A stretch of DNA of 64,000 nucleotides, taken from NCBI GenBank assembly GCA_963703225.1, contig OY969801.1, forward strand, positions 160,001-224,000, in the 5' to 3' direction. The stretch comes from Candidatus Eiseniibacteriota bacterium (GTDB lineage Bacteria; Eisenbacteria; RBG-16-71-46; SZUA-252). Shown here one piece after another: positions 19,299 to 29,043 of this stretch. The notes under the pieces are model-generated. The model did no database searches, was not told where the DNA came from, and was given only the letters and a program-made list of their open reading frames with translations. Within the stretch, counting starts at the first letter, position 1; each line of letters opens with the position of its first letter. Both the position numbers and the translations under genes were made by a program.

Positions 19299-20442
19299 GG
19301 AAGAGGTAGGAGTTGCCCTTCTTCTCGTCGTACTTGGCCAGCGTGATCGGAACGCCCGCGAGCCGCTCCATGTAGGCCTTCACCTGCGCCGGGTCCTTGT
19401 AGTTGGCCGAGCCCTCGACCGAGTCGACCATGAGATCGGTCATCGCGCGGATCGAGAGCATCACCTCGGGCACCGGCCACGTGGCGAAGTGCCCCGTCAT
19501 GTGATGCTCGGCGATGACGCGCTTGTTCTCGGCGTTGATGTAGGTCATGTTGCCCGCCTTGTCGGCGGGAATCGCGATGCCCAGCGCCGTGGGATAGCCG
19601 TGGGTGGGGCTGGGGCAGCACTGCTCGGGAATATAGCCGCCGTTGGTGACGACGGCCTTGATCATCGGATCCATCATGCCGCAGTTGGTGGAGAAGAACG
19701 CCGTCTTGGGGCCGTAGGTCTTCAATTCCCTGGGAACGTCCTCGAGCACGAACTGCTGGGTCGCGTTCAGTCCGCCCTCGCCCATCGGATCGGGCGCGGT
19801 GACGAAGTGGAAGCGGATCCCCTGCTTCGCGCACTCGGCCTTCATGATGTCGCGCCGGTCCGCCAACAGCTCCTGGGACATGTGGCGCGGGAACGAGTAG
19901 TGAACGAGGTCCGTCACGCCCATCGTCTTGGCCACCTCGACGATCGTCCGTCCGCGGGCGAGCTGGTCCGGCTGGATGGAGAGATCGACGGTGGCGTTCA
20001 CCATCGCCGGATCTTCGTGCGGCTCGATGAAGGCGATCTTGATATCCGGCCGCTTCTCGCGAATCTTGCGGGCCGCGGGGATCGAGCCGGGGATCGCCTG
20101 CCCCACGACGATCACCTTGACGTCGGGATCGTCGGAGAGGCCGACGAGCTGGGCGATGACCGTCTCCTGCTCGTTCATGAAGTTGTCGGGGTAGGTCACG
20201 TGCTTGACGTGGTCGGCGCCGTACTTCTGGATGATCATCTGGGCGGCGCGGAACTCGTCCTCCCCCTGGGAGACGGTCCCGGTCATGATTCCGATCTTGA
20301 ACTTGATCGCGCGCTCGGGCGCGGAGGCGGGCACGGTGCTGGACTTGGCCGCTTCCTGCTTGCCGCATCCAGCGAGAGAGAAGAGCAGAACAGGGAGCGC
20401 GGCGGCTGTTGCGGCCGTGCGGAACAAGAGCCGAGTCTTCAT
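19276..20442 (-). CDS. DUF3798-family substrate-binding lipoprotein
   Basis: Lipobox LAGC; IGIMTGTVSQGEDE, HVTYPDNFM.EQET, HYSFPRHMS, APDP, QQFVLEDVP, EQCCPSPTHGYP recognised as DUF3798; first gene of the ABC operon. Confidence 0.82.
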   Translation of the reverse strand: MKTRLLFRTAATAAALPVLLFSLAGCGKQEAAKSSTVPASAPERAIKFKIGIMTGTVSQGEDEFRAAQMIIQKYGADHVKHVTYPDNFMNEQETVIAQLVGLSDDPDVKVIVVGQAIPGSIPAARKIREKRPDIKIAFIEPHEDPAMVNATVDLSIQPDQLARGRTIVEVAKTMGVTDLVHYSFPRHMSQELLADRRDIMKAECAKQGIRFHFVTAPDPMGEGGLNATQQFVLEDVPRELKTYGPKTAFFSTNCGMMDPMIKAVVTNGGYIPEQCCPSPTHGYPTALGIAIPADKAGNMTYINAENKRVIAEHHMTGHFATWPVPEVMLSIRAMTDLMVDSVEGSANYKDPAQVKAYMERLAGVPITLAKYDEKKGNSYLFLVSNIYY

Positions 20443-20622
20443 TGGATTCCTGCCTCCACCCGCGGGTGCGGGGATTACGCGTTCCGGCCGAACGATTCGG
20501 TAGGCGACGGGGCCCCATTCCGCCCCACACAGCGATACTACCAAACGCGGCGAGGGGTGAACAGAAGCCCCTAGCTCACCCGTACCGTCCACGCACCGAA
20601 AGTGTTAGCGTCCTCCGCCTCC

Positions 20623-21834
20623 ATGCCGCCGCTCATTCTGGCCGCCGCCTATCTCGAGGGCCTCGCGCTCACCCTGATCCAAGGGTACCTGCCGCTCTAC
20701 GTGCGCGGGGTCCTCCACGAGCCTTCCTATGTGACGGTGGCGCTCATCGTGGCGGTGCCGGCGCTCGGCACGATCGTCGCGAGCAATTTCTGGGGCGGGC
20801 TCTCCGACGTGTGGGGAAAGCTCAAGCCGATGATCCTGGTGGGGCTCGTCGGGTACGCGGCCGCGCTCGTCGGCATCCCCACGTTTCGCCACGGGATCCA
20901 GATCATGCTCCTCGTAGGCTGCGCCGCGCTCTTGTACGGAACGCTCGCGCCCTCGCTCAAGACTTACGTGACCCTCCTGAAGCCCGACCGCAAGGCGCAT
21001 TCGCTCGCCTACGTGCTGATGGCCCAGAGCACCGGTTGGCTCACCGGGAGCCTGGGAGCGGGCTGGCTCCTGGAAGGGGGGATCGCGGCAGGGCTTCGCA
21101 CGGCACTCTGGACCTGCGCCGCCTTGGTGATCCTCCACGCGATCCTCTGCGCGGGGCTTCTCCGCGATCTGGTGCGCGCGCCGCTCGAGCCGCAGGGGAA
21201 AAGGCCCTGGCTCGAGGGGTTGGCGGCGGACCTCGGCTCGGTCTACGAAAACCCCAAGCTCCTCCGGCTCTGCGTGCTCGCGTTCCTCTTCGTGTCCGGG
21301 AACTACGCTGCGTGGGGCTTTTTCTCCCTCTATCTGTACGAGCGCCTCGGCGCAGGCTTAGAGACAATCCGTTACGCGCTCGCGGCTTCGAGCCTTCTCG
21401 GGATCGCGTCGTTTCTCTATGTCGGCGCGCTCATCCGGCGCTTTGGCGGACGCCTCATCCTGGCGGTGGGCGTCACCCTTTACGTCGGGATGTACCTGGG
21501 GATCGCGCTCACGCGCGACCCGATCGTCGTGGCCGCGCTTTACGCGCTCCCGCTCTACAGCATGGTCAACGTGAGCGCGAACGCGCTGGCGAGCGAGTAC
21601 TCGGCGGCGGCGCAGAGGGGCGGGGGGCTGGGAGTCCTGAACGGCACCTACGCTCTGGCGAGCATCATCGGCCCCGTCACCGCCGGCTACCTCGCCGATC
21701 ATCATGGACTCGGCTCCATGCCGTGGCTCGCGTGCGGGTTCCTGGCCGCGGCCGCGCCGATCGCATGGCTCCAGGTGGTGTCCGGACGTCGAAATGGGGC
21801 CAGAAAGGAAGAATTGGGCGTTGATCGGGGGTAG
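20623..21834 (+). CDS. MFS transporter
   Basis: About 12 TM helices; motif A-like WGGLSDVWGKLK and GALIRRFGGR. Confidence 0.88.
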   Translation: MPPLILAAAYLEGLALTLIQGYLPLYVRGVLHEPSYVTVALIVAVPALGTIVASNFWGGLSDVWGKLKPMILVGLVGYAAALVGIPTFRHGIQIMLLVGCAALLYGTLAPSLKTYVTLLKPDRKAHSLAYVLMAQSTGWLTGSLGAGWLLEGGIAAGLRTALWTCAALVILHAILCAGLLRDLVRAPLEPQGKRPWLEGLAADLGSVYENPKLLRLCVLAFLFVSGNYAAWGFFSLYLYERLGAGLETIRYALAASSLLGIASFLYVGALIRRFGGRLILAVGVTLYVGMYLGIALTRDPIVVAALYALPLYSMVNVSANALASEYSAAAQRGGGLGVLNGTYALASIIGPVTAGYLADHHGLGSMPWLACGFLAAAAPIAWLQVVSGRRNGARKEELGVDRG

Positions 21835-21857
21835 TCACAGGTGGTATCCTCAGTAGC

Positions 21858-21896
21858 TGGAGGTTGGGCGGCGCGCCTCACAACCGCTAACCTCCA
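21858..21896 (+). terminator. Imperfect hairpin after the MFS gene, possible terminator
   Basis: TGGAGGTT...GCGG / CCGC..AACCTCCA inverted repeat followed by AT-rich ATTATATTAAA. Confidence 0.35.
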
Positions 21897-21927
21897 ATTA
21901 TATTAAAGACAAGGACTTAGGCTCCCC

Positions 21928-22512
21928 ATGAGAACGCATCTTGCCCTCCTCGCCACCTTGAGCCTCCTGGCCGCGTCCCCGGCAGCCGCAGCGGCCGCCA
22001 ATCCTCCCTCCAAGGAGAAGCCGCCCGCGAAGGAGGAGACCGCCAAGCCCGTGGAGAAGCTCGAGTGGCTCGCCTTTGACGCCGCCACCGCCAAGGCACA
22101 GGCCCAGAAAAAGCACATGATCGTGGATATCTACACGACCTGGTGCGGCTGGTGTCGCGTGATGGAAAAAGAGACCTACTCCAATCCCGAAGTGATGGCG
22201 TACTTGCGGGAGAATTTCGTGCTCGCCAAGGTGAACGGCGAGTCGACGGCGAAGCTCAAGTGGCAGGGGAAGGATTTGACCGAGCGGCAATTCACCCGGG
22301 CGGTCGGCGTCACGGGCTTCCCCGCGACCTACTTCATGAAGCCGAACGCGGAGCTATTGGGCGGTCTCAGCGGATTCCTGCATCCCCCCGAGTTCTTGGT
22401 CTACGCCCGCTACGTCAGCACGCGCTGGTACGAGAAGGGGAATATCTCCGCCTACGTCGATTCGCTGAGGAACGCCGCAGAGCGGCAGCAGCAAGCGCAG
22501 CAGCAGCCCTAG
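21928..22512 (+). CDS. Exported thioredoxin-like protein (SoxW/DUF255-like)
   Basis: Signal peptide; VDIYTTWCGWCRVMEKETY; GVTGFPATYF. Confidence 0.85.
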   Translation: MRTHLALLATLSLLAASPAAAAAANPPSKEKPPAKEETAKPVEKLEWLAFDAATAKAQAQKKHMIVDIYTTWCGWCRVMEKETYSNPEVMAYLRENFVLAKVNGESTAKLKWQGKDLTERQFTRAVGVTGFPATYFMKPNAELLGGLSGFLHPPEFLVYARYVSTRWYEKGNISAYVDSLRNAAERQQQAQQQP

Positions 22513-22550
22513 CTACAGCGTCCGCACGATCTACAGCGTCCGCACGATCT
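22513..22550. repeat. 18-bp tandem duplication CTACAGCGTCCGCACGAT x2
   Basis: Copies at 22513-22530 and 22531-22548; duplicates the thyX C-terminal codons and stop (IVRTL*). Confidence 0.9.
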
Positions 22551-24132
22551 CCCGCATCGGAATCTTCCAGGCAGGCACGCCGCAGTAGCGTTTTCCTTCA
22601 GGGCAGTAGGGCTTGACGCCGGCGCGGAGGCGGGGGCCGCAGGGCGGAAGGAAATAGGCGCCGATCCTCGGGTTGACGGCGCGAACCTGCTCCGATTCAT
22701 CGCGCGCCGCCCGCCAAATCTCCTCCTGCGCATTCAAGCAGAGCCGCATCGCCAGCTTGTGGCGGAGGCCCAGGAGGTCAGCCGATTCGGTGAAGCGGAT
22801 GCTGACGGCGTTGGGGAGCAGATAGGCCGCCATCTCTTCCGACGCACCCAGCCGGCGGAGCTCTCCGATCGCGGCCCAGGTCCGCTCCATGCTCTCCCGG
22901 TAGCGCCGCTCCACCCGCTCGTCGAGCGGGATAAGGGCCGGGACCACGTAATCGGGCTGGCTCCCCAGATAAGCGTGCAGGCAGGGGCGCGATCCCGGGG
23001 TGGCGCGGTGCCGTTGGTCCTGGGAATCGGCGGTGTGGGAAAGCTTCTTCCGGAACGTATACGAGGGATGGATCATCGCCCGGTTGAGCTTGCTCAAGGT
23101 GGTCACGTTGAGCGAGCCCGACAGGTAGGAATTGGACGCGGGATCCATCACCAACGAGATCGCGTCGTCATCCGGAAGCGCCGAGGTCGGAATGCCGAGC
23201 ACCTCTCGGACGGAGGAGGCCAACAGCTCTTCGTTGTCGGACTTCCACGCGACCAGCTTGGAGACCAGCCCGCCCAGGGACGCGTCGAACTCCCGCCTGG
23301 CTTCGTCGCCCATCGCCTCGCTCGACAATCCCGGATTCTGCTGGAAGAACTGATACTCGAGCGTCTCCTCGAGCGGAATCGGGTCTTCCAGGAGCACCGC
23401 GAACTGGGGGTCGAGGTCGAGGACCGCGTCGACCATCCGCTGCACGACCATCCGCTGCTCGGCCGGGGCGTCGAGCTGGTCGGCCAGCCGGTGGTAGCGG
23501 AGCAGCGTGAGCGCGCTGACCGTGTGATAGAGGTAGCAGAAGGTGCCGATCGGGAGGACATACCGGGCCACCTCCTGCGCCTTCTTCTGGATCTCGCCGG
23601 CCCAGCGCTCCGGCTGGTGCGCGCGCGACGGGAATCGCTTATGGAATTCGGCGGTGGCGACGGGGGTCAAGAGATCGCGCAGCTCGTGGTAGTCCCGGTG
23701 CTGACGCTCCACCGTCTCCTCGTAGATCCGCTGCGCTTGGCCGCCGCCCAGGTCGGGGATGATCGTGGTCCCCGGCTTCACCTCGACGTACCGCTGGCTC
23801 ACCTGCTCGGAGTTGTAGAAGGGATGGCTGTGCAGGAACGTCCAGACGAACTGCCGCGAGATCCGGTCGAGCGTGAACTGGAAGTGCGCGTGCTGGAACG
23901 TGGTGTGGTGGCCCGCCGCGTAGAGGTCTTTGGCGAGGGCGTCCCGCCGCTCTCGCCTCACCTGCCGCTTTTCCTCGGGGAGGGAATCGCCGCCCACCTC
24001 TTCCGGCGTGATGATCCCCTTTGGGGAATAGCAGGTCCTGGCCGTCGCGACCGCGTTGTCCAGCGGGCGGGCGAAGGCTTGGACCAAAACGACCTCGGGC
24101 GGGTCGGAGCGGAAGCTCGTCGTCTTAGGCAT
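22531..24132 (-). CDS. thyX: FAD-dependent thymidylate synthase with two tandem ThyX domains
   Basis: GHHTTFQHAHFQF..ISR, SEQVSQRYV, QEVARYVLP in domain 1; SQDQRHR, AAYLLPNA, RLCLNAQEEI in domain 2. Confidence 0.85.
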   Translation of the reverse strand: MPKTTSFRSDPPEVVLVQAFARPLDNAVATARTCYSPKGIITPEEVGGDSLPEEKRQVRRERRDALAKDLYAAGHHTTFQHAHFQFTLDRISRQFVWTFLHSHPFYNSEQVSQRYVEVKPGTTIIPDLGGGQAQRIYEETVERQHRDYHELRDLLTPVATAEFHKRFPSRAHQPERWAGEIQKKAQEVARYVLPIGTFCYLYHTVSALTLLRYHRLADQLDAPAEQRMVVQRMVDAVLDLDPQFAVLLEDPIPLEETLEYQFFQQNPGLSSEAMGDEARREFDASLGGLVSKLVAWKSDNEELLASSVREVLGIPTSALPDDDAISLVMDPASNSYLSGSLNVTTLSKLNRAMIHPSYTFRKKLSHTADSQDQRHRATPGSRPCLHAYLGSQPDYVVPALIPLDERVERRYRESMERTWAAIGELRRLGASEEMAAYLLPNAVSIRFTESADLLGLRHKLAMRLCLNAQEEIWRAARDESEQVRAVNPRIGAYFLPPCGPRLRAGVKPYCPEGKRYCGVPAWKIPMREIVRTL

Positions 24133-24142
24133 CAACTTGAGT

Positions 24143-24920
24143 CTATTCGATCCCCAGCCAGCGCGAAAGGTCGCTCACGTCCGCGAGCGTCGCGGTGGGC
24201 GCGGGCGTGACCCGTTCCTCGTCGCCCGCGCGGTATTTCCCTGTTCGAACGAGGATTCCCTGCATTCCCAGCGCGACGCTGGCGGCCACGTCGAACTCGG
24301 CGTCGTCGCCGACCATGAGGATTTCCTCGCGGGGGGCCCCGCGTCTGGGCGGCGACCGCGTCGAAGAGGAGCGGCGAGGGCTTTCCCAGCGTCTCCGCCG
24401 TTCGATCCGAAGCGTACTCGAGGAACGCGACGAGCGGCCCGAGGTCGGTCACCAGGGAATCGCCCTTCTTGAAGTAGCGATTTCGCTGGAGCGCGTAGAG
24501 GGCGGCGCCGTCGAGGAGGCGGCGGAACGCCAGCTGGAGGTCGGCCACACGCCGGTCGTGCGCCTCGGTCGCGACCACGACCGCGGGGCCGACCGCGTCG
24601 TCGCGAAACCAGTCGTAGTCGGCGCGCGCCGCGGGCTCGGCGAGGAGGATTCCGGAGTCGTGTCCCCGCTCGGGCAGAACCCGGCGCGCGACCATGGCCG
24701 GAGTCCAGAGCGATTCGGGCTCGTCCAGGAGGCCCAGGCCCTGGAGATGCCGCGCCAGCTTTGCGTGCGGCAGGCTCGTCGTGTTGGTGACGAGCGCGAC
24801 GGGAAAAGCTGCGCGAAGTCGGCGGACGGCGGCGGCCGCCCCGGGGAGCGCCGGGCCCCCGGCGCCGTCGGTGAGCGTCCCATCCACGTCCAGGCAGACC
24901 ACGGAGACGCGCCGTTTCAC
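24143..24920 (-). CDS. HAD-IIA hydrolase (LHPP/NagD-like); apparent frameshift ~24340
   Basis: DVDGTL, VTNTT, GKPSP; the shifted frame gives MVGDDAEFDV...GILVRTGKYR, ending TAG at 24143. Confidence 0.87.
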
Positions 24921-25034
24921 ACCGCCAGGGTACGCCCGCCCTGGCGCGATCTCACTCGATTTTGGGCCGCCGCGGGGGGTATCCTTGAGGTTTCCGGCCA
25001 GCCGGCGATGGTGGATCTAGAGCCCACACAACGT

Positions 25035-28000
25035 ATGCGTCCATCGCACCCGATCCGCGCCGCACTCCACGCCGCGATCCTCTCCCTTGGGATCTTCACG
25101 GCCTCGTTTGCCACGGCCGCCCCCACGATGATGGCCGACGAGGTCATCATCAAGTGGAAGCCCAACGCCAGCGCCGCGGACGTCCGCGCCGTCATGGCCG
25201 ACCTCGGCGCGACCCGTGTCAAGACGATTCCGGAGCATCCAGGCCGAGGAGCAGCGGATCACCCGCTGGAGCGTCAGCGATGCCGTGAGCCGCTATCGCC
25301 ACCACCCCGCCGTCGAGTTCATCGAGCCCAACTGGATCGTACGGGCCGACGTCGTGCCCACAGACCCGCTCTTCCCCCAGCAGTGGAGCCTGCGAAACAG
25401 CGGCCAGACCGGCGGCACGCCGGGCGCCGACGTCAGCGCTGTCCCCGCGTGGGACGTCGAGACCGGATCTCCTGGCGTCGTGGTCGCGATCATCGACACC
25501 GGCGTCGACTACACGCACCCCGATCTCGCGGCCAACATCTGGAGCAACCCGGGCGAGATTCCGGACAACGGCCTCGACGACGACGGAAACGGCCTCGTGG
25601 ACGACGTCCGCGGCTACGACTTCTTCAACCTGGACGCCGACCCGATGGACGACAACGGCCACGGCACGCACGTCGCGGGAATCGCGGCCGCCCAGGGCGA
25701 CAACGGCATCGGAATCGCCGGGGTCGCCTGGAACGTGAAGATCCTGCCGCTCAAGTTTCTTGGCTCGGATGGCGGTGGGCCCATCTCCGCGGCCATCGAT
25801 TGCATCGAGTACGCGGTCTCCCAGGGCGCGCAGGTTCTCAACAACAGCTGGGGCGGATTCGAGTTCTCGGCCGCGCTGGAGCTGGCGGTCCAGCACGCGA
25901 ACGACGCCGGCATTCTCTTCGTGGCCGCCGCGGGGAACGACGCCGAGAGCCTCGACCAGTCCGATCACTTTCCGGCGAGCTTCCGGCAGCCCAACGTCAT
26001 CGCCGTCGCCGCCACGACCGATCGGGATGAGCTGGCGCCATTTTCCAACTATGGGCTCAACAGCGTCCCGATCGCCGCCCCGGGCACGAACATCCTGAGC
26101 ACCTTTCCGGGCGATGCCTATCAGGTGTTGAACGGGACTTCCATGTCCGCCCCGTTCGTCTCCGGCGCCCTGGCGGTTCTCAAGTCGGAATTCCCGTCGA
26201 TGACGGCCCCTCAGATGAAATCGGTTCTGCTCCATTCGGCCGACCCTGTGCCCGCGCTGGCGGGCCTCGTCTCGACAGGGGGCCGCCTCAACGTCGCCCG
26301 GATGCTCGCCGGTCCCGACTCGATTCCTCCCGACCCGATTCGCGACCTCCTCGTCGCGCGAGCGGAATCGAACCGGATGGTCCTCCGCTGGACGGCCACG
26401 GGCGACGATCGCGCGGTCGGCACCGCGGGGCGCTACGACGTGCGCTACGACGTGGCGCCGATCGACGATGCGTCGTTCGACCGGGCGACCGCGGCGGTCC
26501 TGGTCCCTGCGCCCAAACCGGCGGGGAGCCCCGAGGAATTCGCCCTCTCCGGGCTCCAATTCAGCACGACCTACTACGTGGCGGTGAAGGCGATCGACGA
26601 CTTTGGGAACACCTCGGCCATCTCGAACGTCGCGAGCGGCCTCACGACGGGCGCCCCCGACGTCGACGTGTCGCCTCTGTCGCTCGCCGACACGCTCCTC
26701 ACGGGCCAGTCGGCGGACCAGACGATCGTGATCCGAAACCTCGGGGTGGGGACGCTCGACTTCGTGGTCGACGCGGCCCCGCCCAGGCCCGCGCCGGCGC
26801 CGCGGCTGAGCGCCCCGCGGCCGGCCCCGCTCGCCCTCGCCAAGGGGCAGGAGGATCCCCGGGTGGGAGACCCGGTGGTGGATGGTCGCGGCGGCCCCGA
26901 CCTCTTCGGCCACGCGTGGATCGACAGCGACCAGCCCGGCGGGCCGATCTTCGCCTGGACCGATATCAGCGCGATCGGCACGCGGATCGAGGTCAGCGGC
27001 GACGACGAGATTTCGTTCTTCGTGCCGATCGGCTTCACCTTCCCGTTCTACGGCGGCATCTTCGACTTTGTGCGCGTCTGCACCAACGGCTTCTTCAGCT
27101 TCACCGGAGGCTCGGTCGATTTCCTCAATCAACCGCTCCCCGGCCCGGTCGGACCCGAGAACATGGTCGCGCCCTTCTGGGACGACCTCCTCTTCGACCT
27201 CAGCTCAGCGGCCTACTCCTACGGCGACGGTGACCGGTTCATCGTGCAGTGGGAGAACGTTTCGCGCATCGGCGGCGGCGGGCCCTACACGTTCCAAGCG
27301 ATCCTCTCTCGGGACGGGACGATCGTCTTTCAGTACCGGACGATGGGGGTCCCGGCGAGCGGCGCGACGGTGGGGATCCAGAATGGCTCACGCACCGACG
27401 GGCTCACCATCGTGTTCAATCGGACCTACGTGCACGACAACCTCGCGGTGCGCATCACCGCGGCGCCCCGCTGGCTCTCGGCCACGCCCGCATTCGGGAC
27501 GCTGGAACCGGGGCAGAGCGCGCCCGTCATGGTCCGCTTCAACGCGGCCAACCTCCCCGACGGCAGCTACGACGGGGCGGTCCGCGTCTCCAGCAACGAT
27601 CCCGACGAGCCGTCGGTTTCGGTCGCGGCCCGATTGAGCGTGGGCGGCGCGCCCGACATCGCGCTGGAGGGAGGAAGGCTCTCGTTCCTCGGCGTCCCCG
27701 TCGGATCATCCGATACGCAGTCGCTTTTCGTCACCAACCGCGGCTCGCTTCCCCTGGAGATCGCCGCGGTGACGGCCGCGCCCTCGGTGTTCCAAACGGA
27801 TGGCGGGCCCTTCACGCTCGGCCCCGGCCAATCGATGGAAGCGGCGGTCACGTTCCACCCCACGGCGCCGGGAACCGTCACGGGGGCGCTCACGTTCCAA
27901 AGCAACGACCCCGACGAGGGTGTGGCGACCGTCACCCTCTCGGGGACCGCCGTTCTCGCGCCCCAGATCGCGATCGAGCCCGCGCGCGTCGTCGCGGCGG

Positions 28001-29028
28001 TGCTGCCGGGGGATCGGACGCACAAGCGGCTCCGGCTGCGAAACAATGGCGGCGCCGACCTTCATTGGAGCGTCTCCATTTCCACCACGAGCGCCGACTC
28101 CGCGTGGGTCTCGATCGTTCCCGGTCAAGGCACGCTCGCCCCGGGACGGACGGCGCTGCTCGATGTGCGGTTCGATGCCCGGTCGCTCGCGGCGGGCGAT
28201 TACCCTGCACGGGCGTCGTTTTCGAGCGACGATCCGACGGCGCGCGTCGTGGAAGTCGACATCCTGCTCCACGTGGGGTCGGTCGGCGTGGCGGTGTTCG
28301 AGCTGGATCCGCAGACGCTCGACGGGAGGAAGCCCGGAGGCTGGGTCACGGCGAAGGTGGAGCTGCTCCCTGGGTACGACCCAGGGCGGGTGGTGCTCTC
28401 GACGGTCAAGCTCCTCGGCCGGGTTTCATGCGTCGACAGGGCGCTCCGCATTGGCGACTTCAACCGGAACGGGATTCCCGATCTCAAGTTCCGGTTCGAT
28501 CGGGCCCAGGTGCTGCGCGCGCTCCCGGACGGCGATCGCGAGGACGATCGCGTCGAGATCTCGATCAGCGGTGAGATCCAGGACTCCACCTACTTCAAGG
28601 GCAAGCAGACGATCCGCATGATCCACAGGCGCGGCCACTTCCGCGACGACGTCATCGCGGAAGAGCCGGCGATCGACCCACCGCGATGGGAAGCGGTCGC
28701 GTCGGTCGACGGTCTGGAAACCGAAATCGGGGCGGCGCCATCGGAATTCGCGTTCTACCAAAATGCCCCCAATCCGGTTCGCGCGGAGACGGTTTTCCGC
28801 TTCGACACCTCGGCTGCGGGCGGCGCGTCGATTCGGATCTTCGGCGTGGATGGGCGGCTGGCTCGCCAGTGGGATCTCGGCGCGCTCCCCGCCGGCCGCC
28901 ACCGGCTGCATTGGGATGGGAAAGGCGCGTCGGGGCAGCGGCTCGCCGCGGGGATCTACTTCAGCCGCCTCGAGGTTTCAGGCGCGCAGCGGCTCGAAGC
29001 CAGCCGGAGGGTCCTGCTGCTTCGCTGA
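25035..29028 (+). CDS. Secreted S8 subtilisin-like protease with FN3/Ig-like modules and FlgD-like (T9SS-type) C-terminal domain; apparent frameshift ~25224
   Basis: Triad IDTG / HGTHVAG / GTSMSAP; AAAGN; repeated SNDPDE Ig-like modules; CTD QNAPNP...WDGK...GIYF. Signal peptide and prodomain are in the upstream frame. Confidence 0.9.
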
Positions 29029-29043
29029 CCGGGTTCAACCCGA

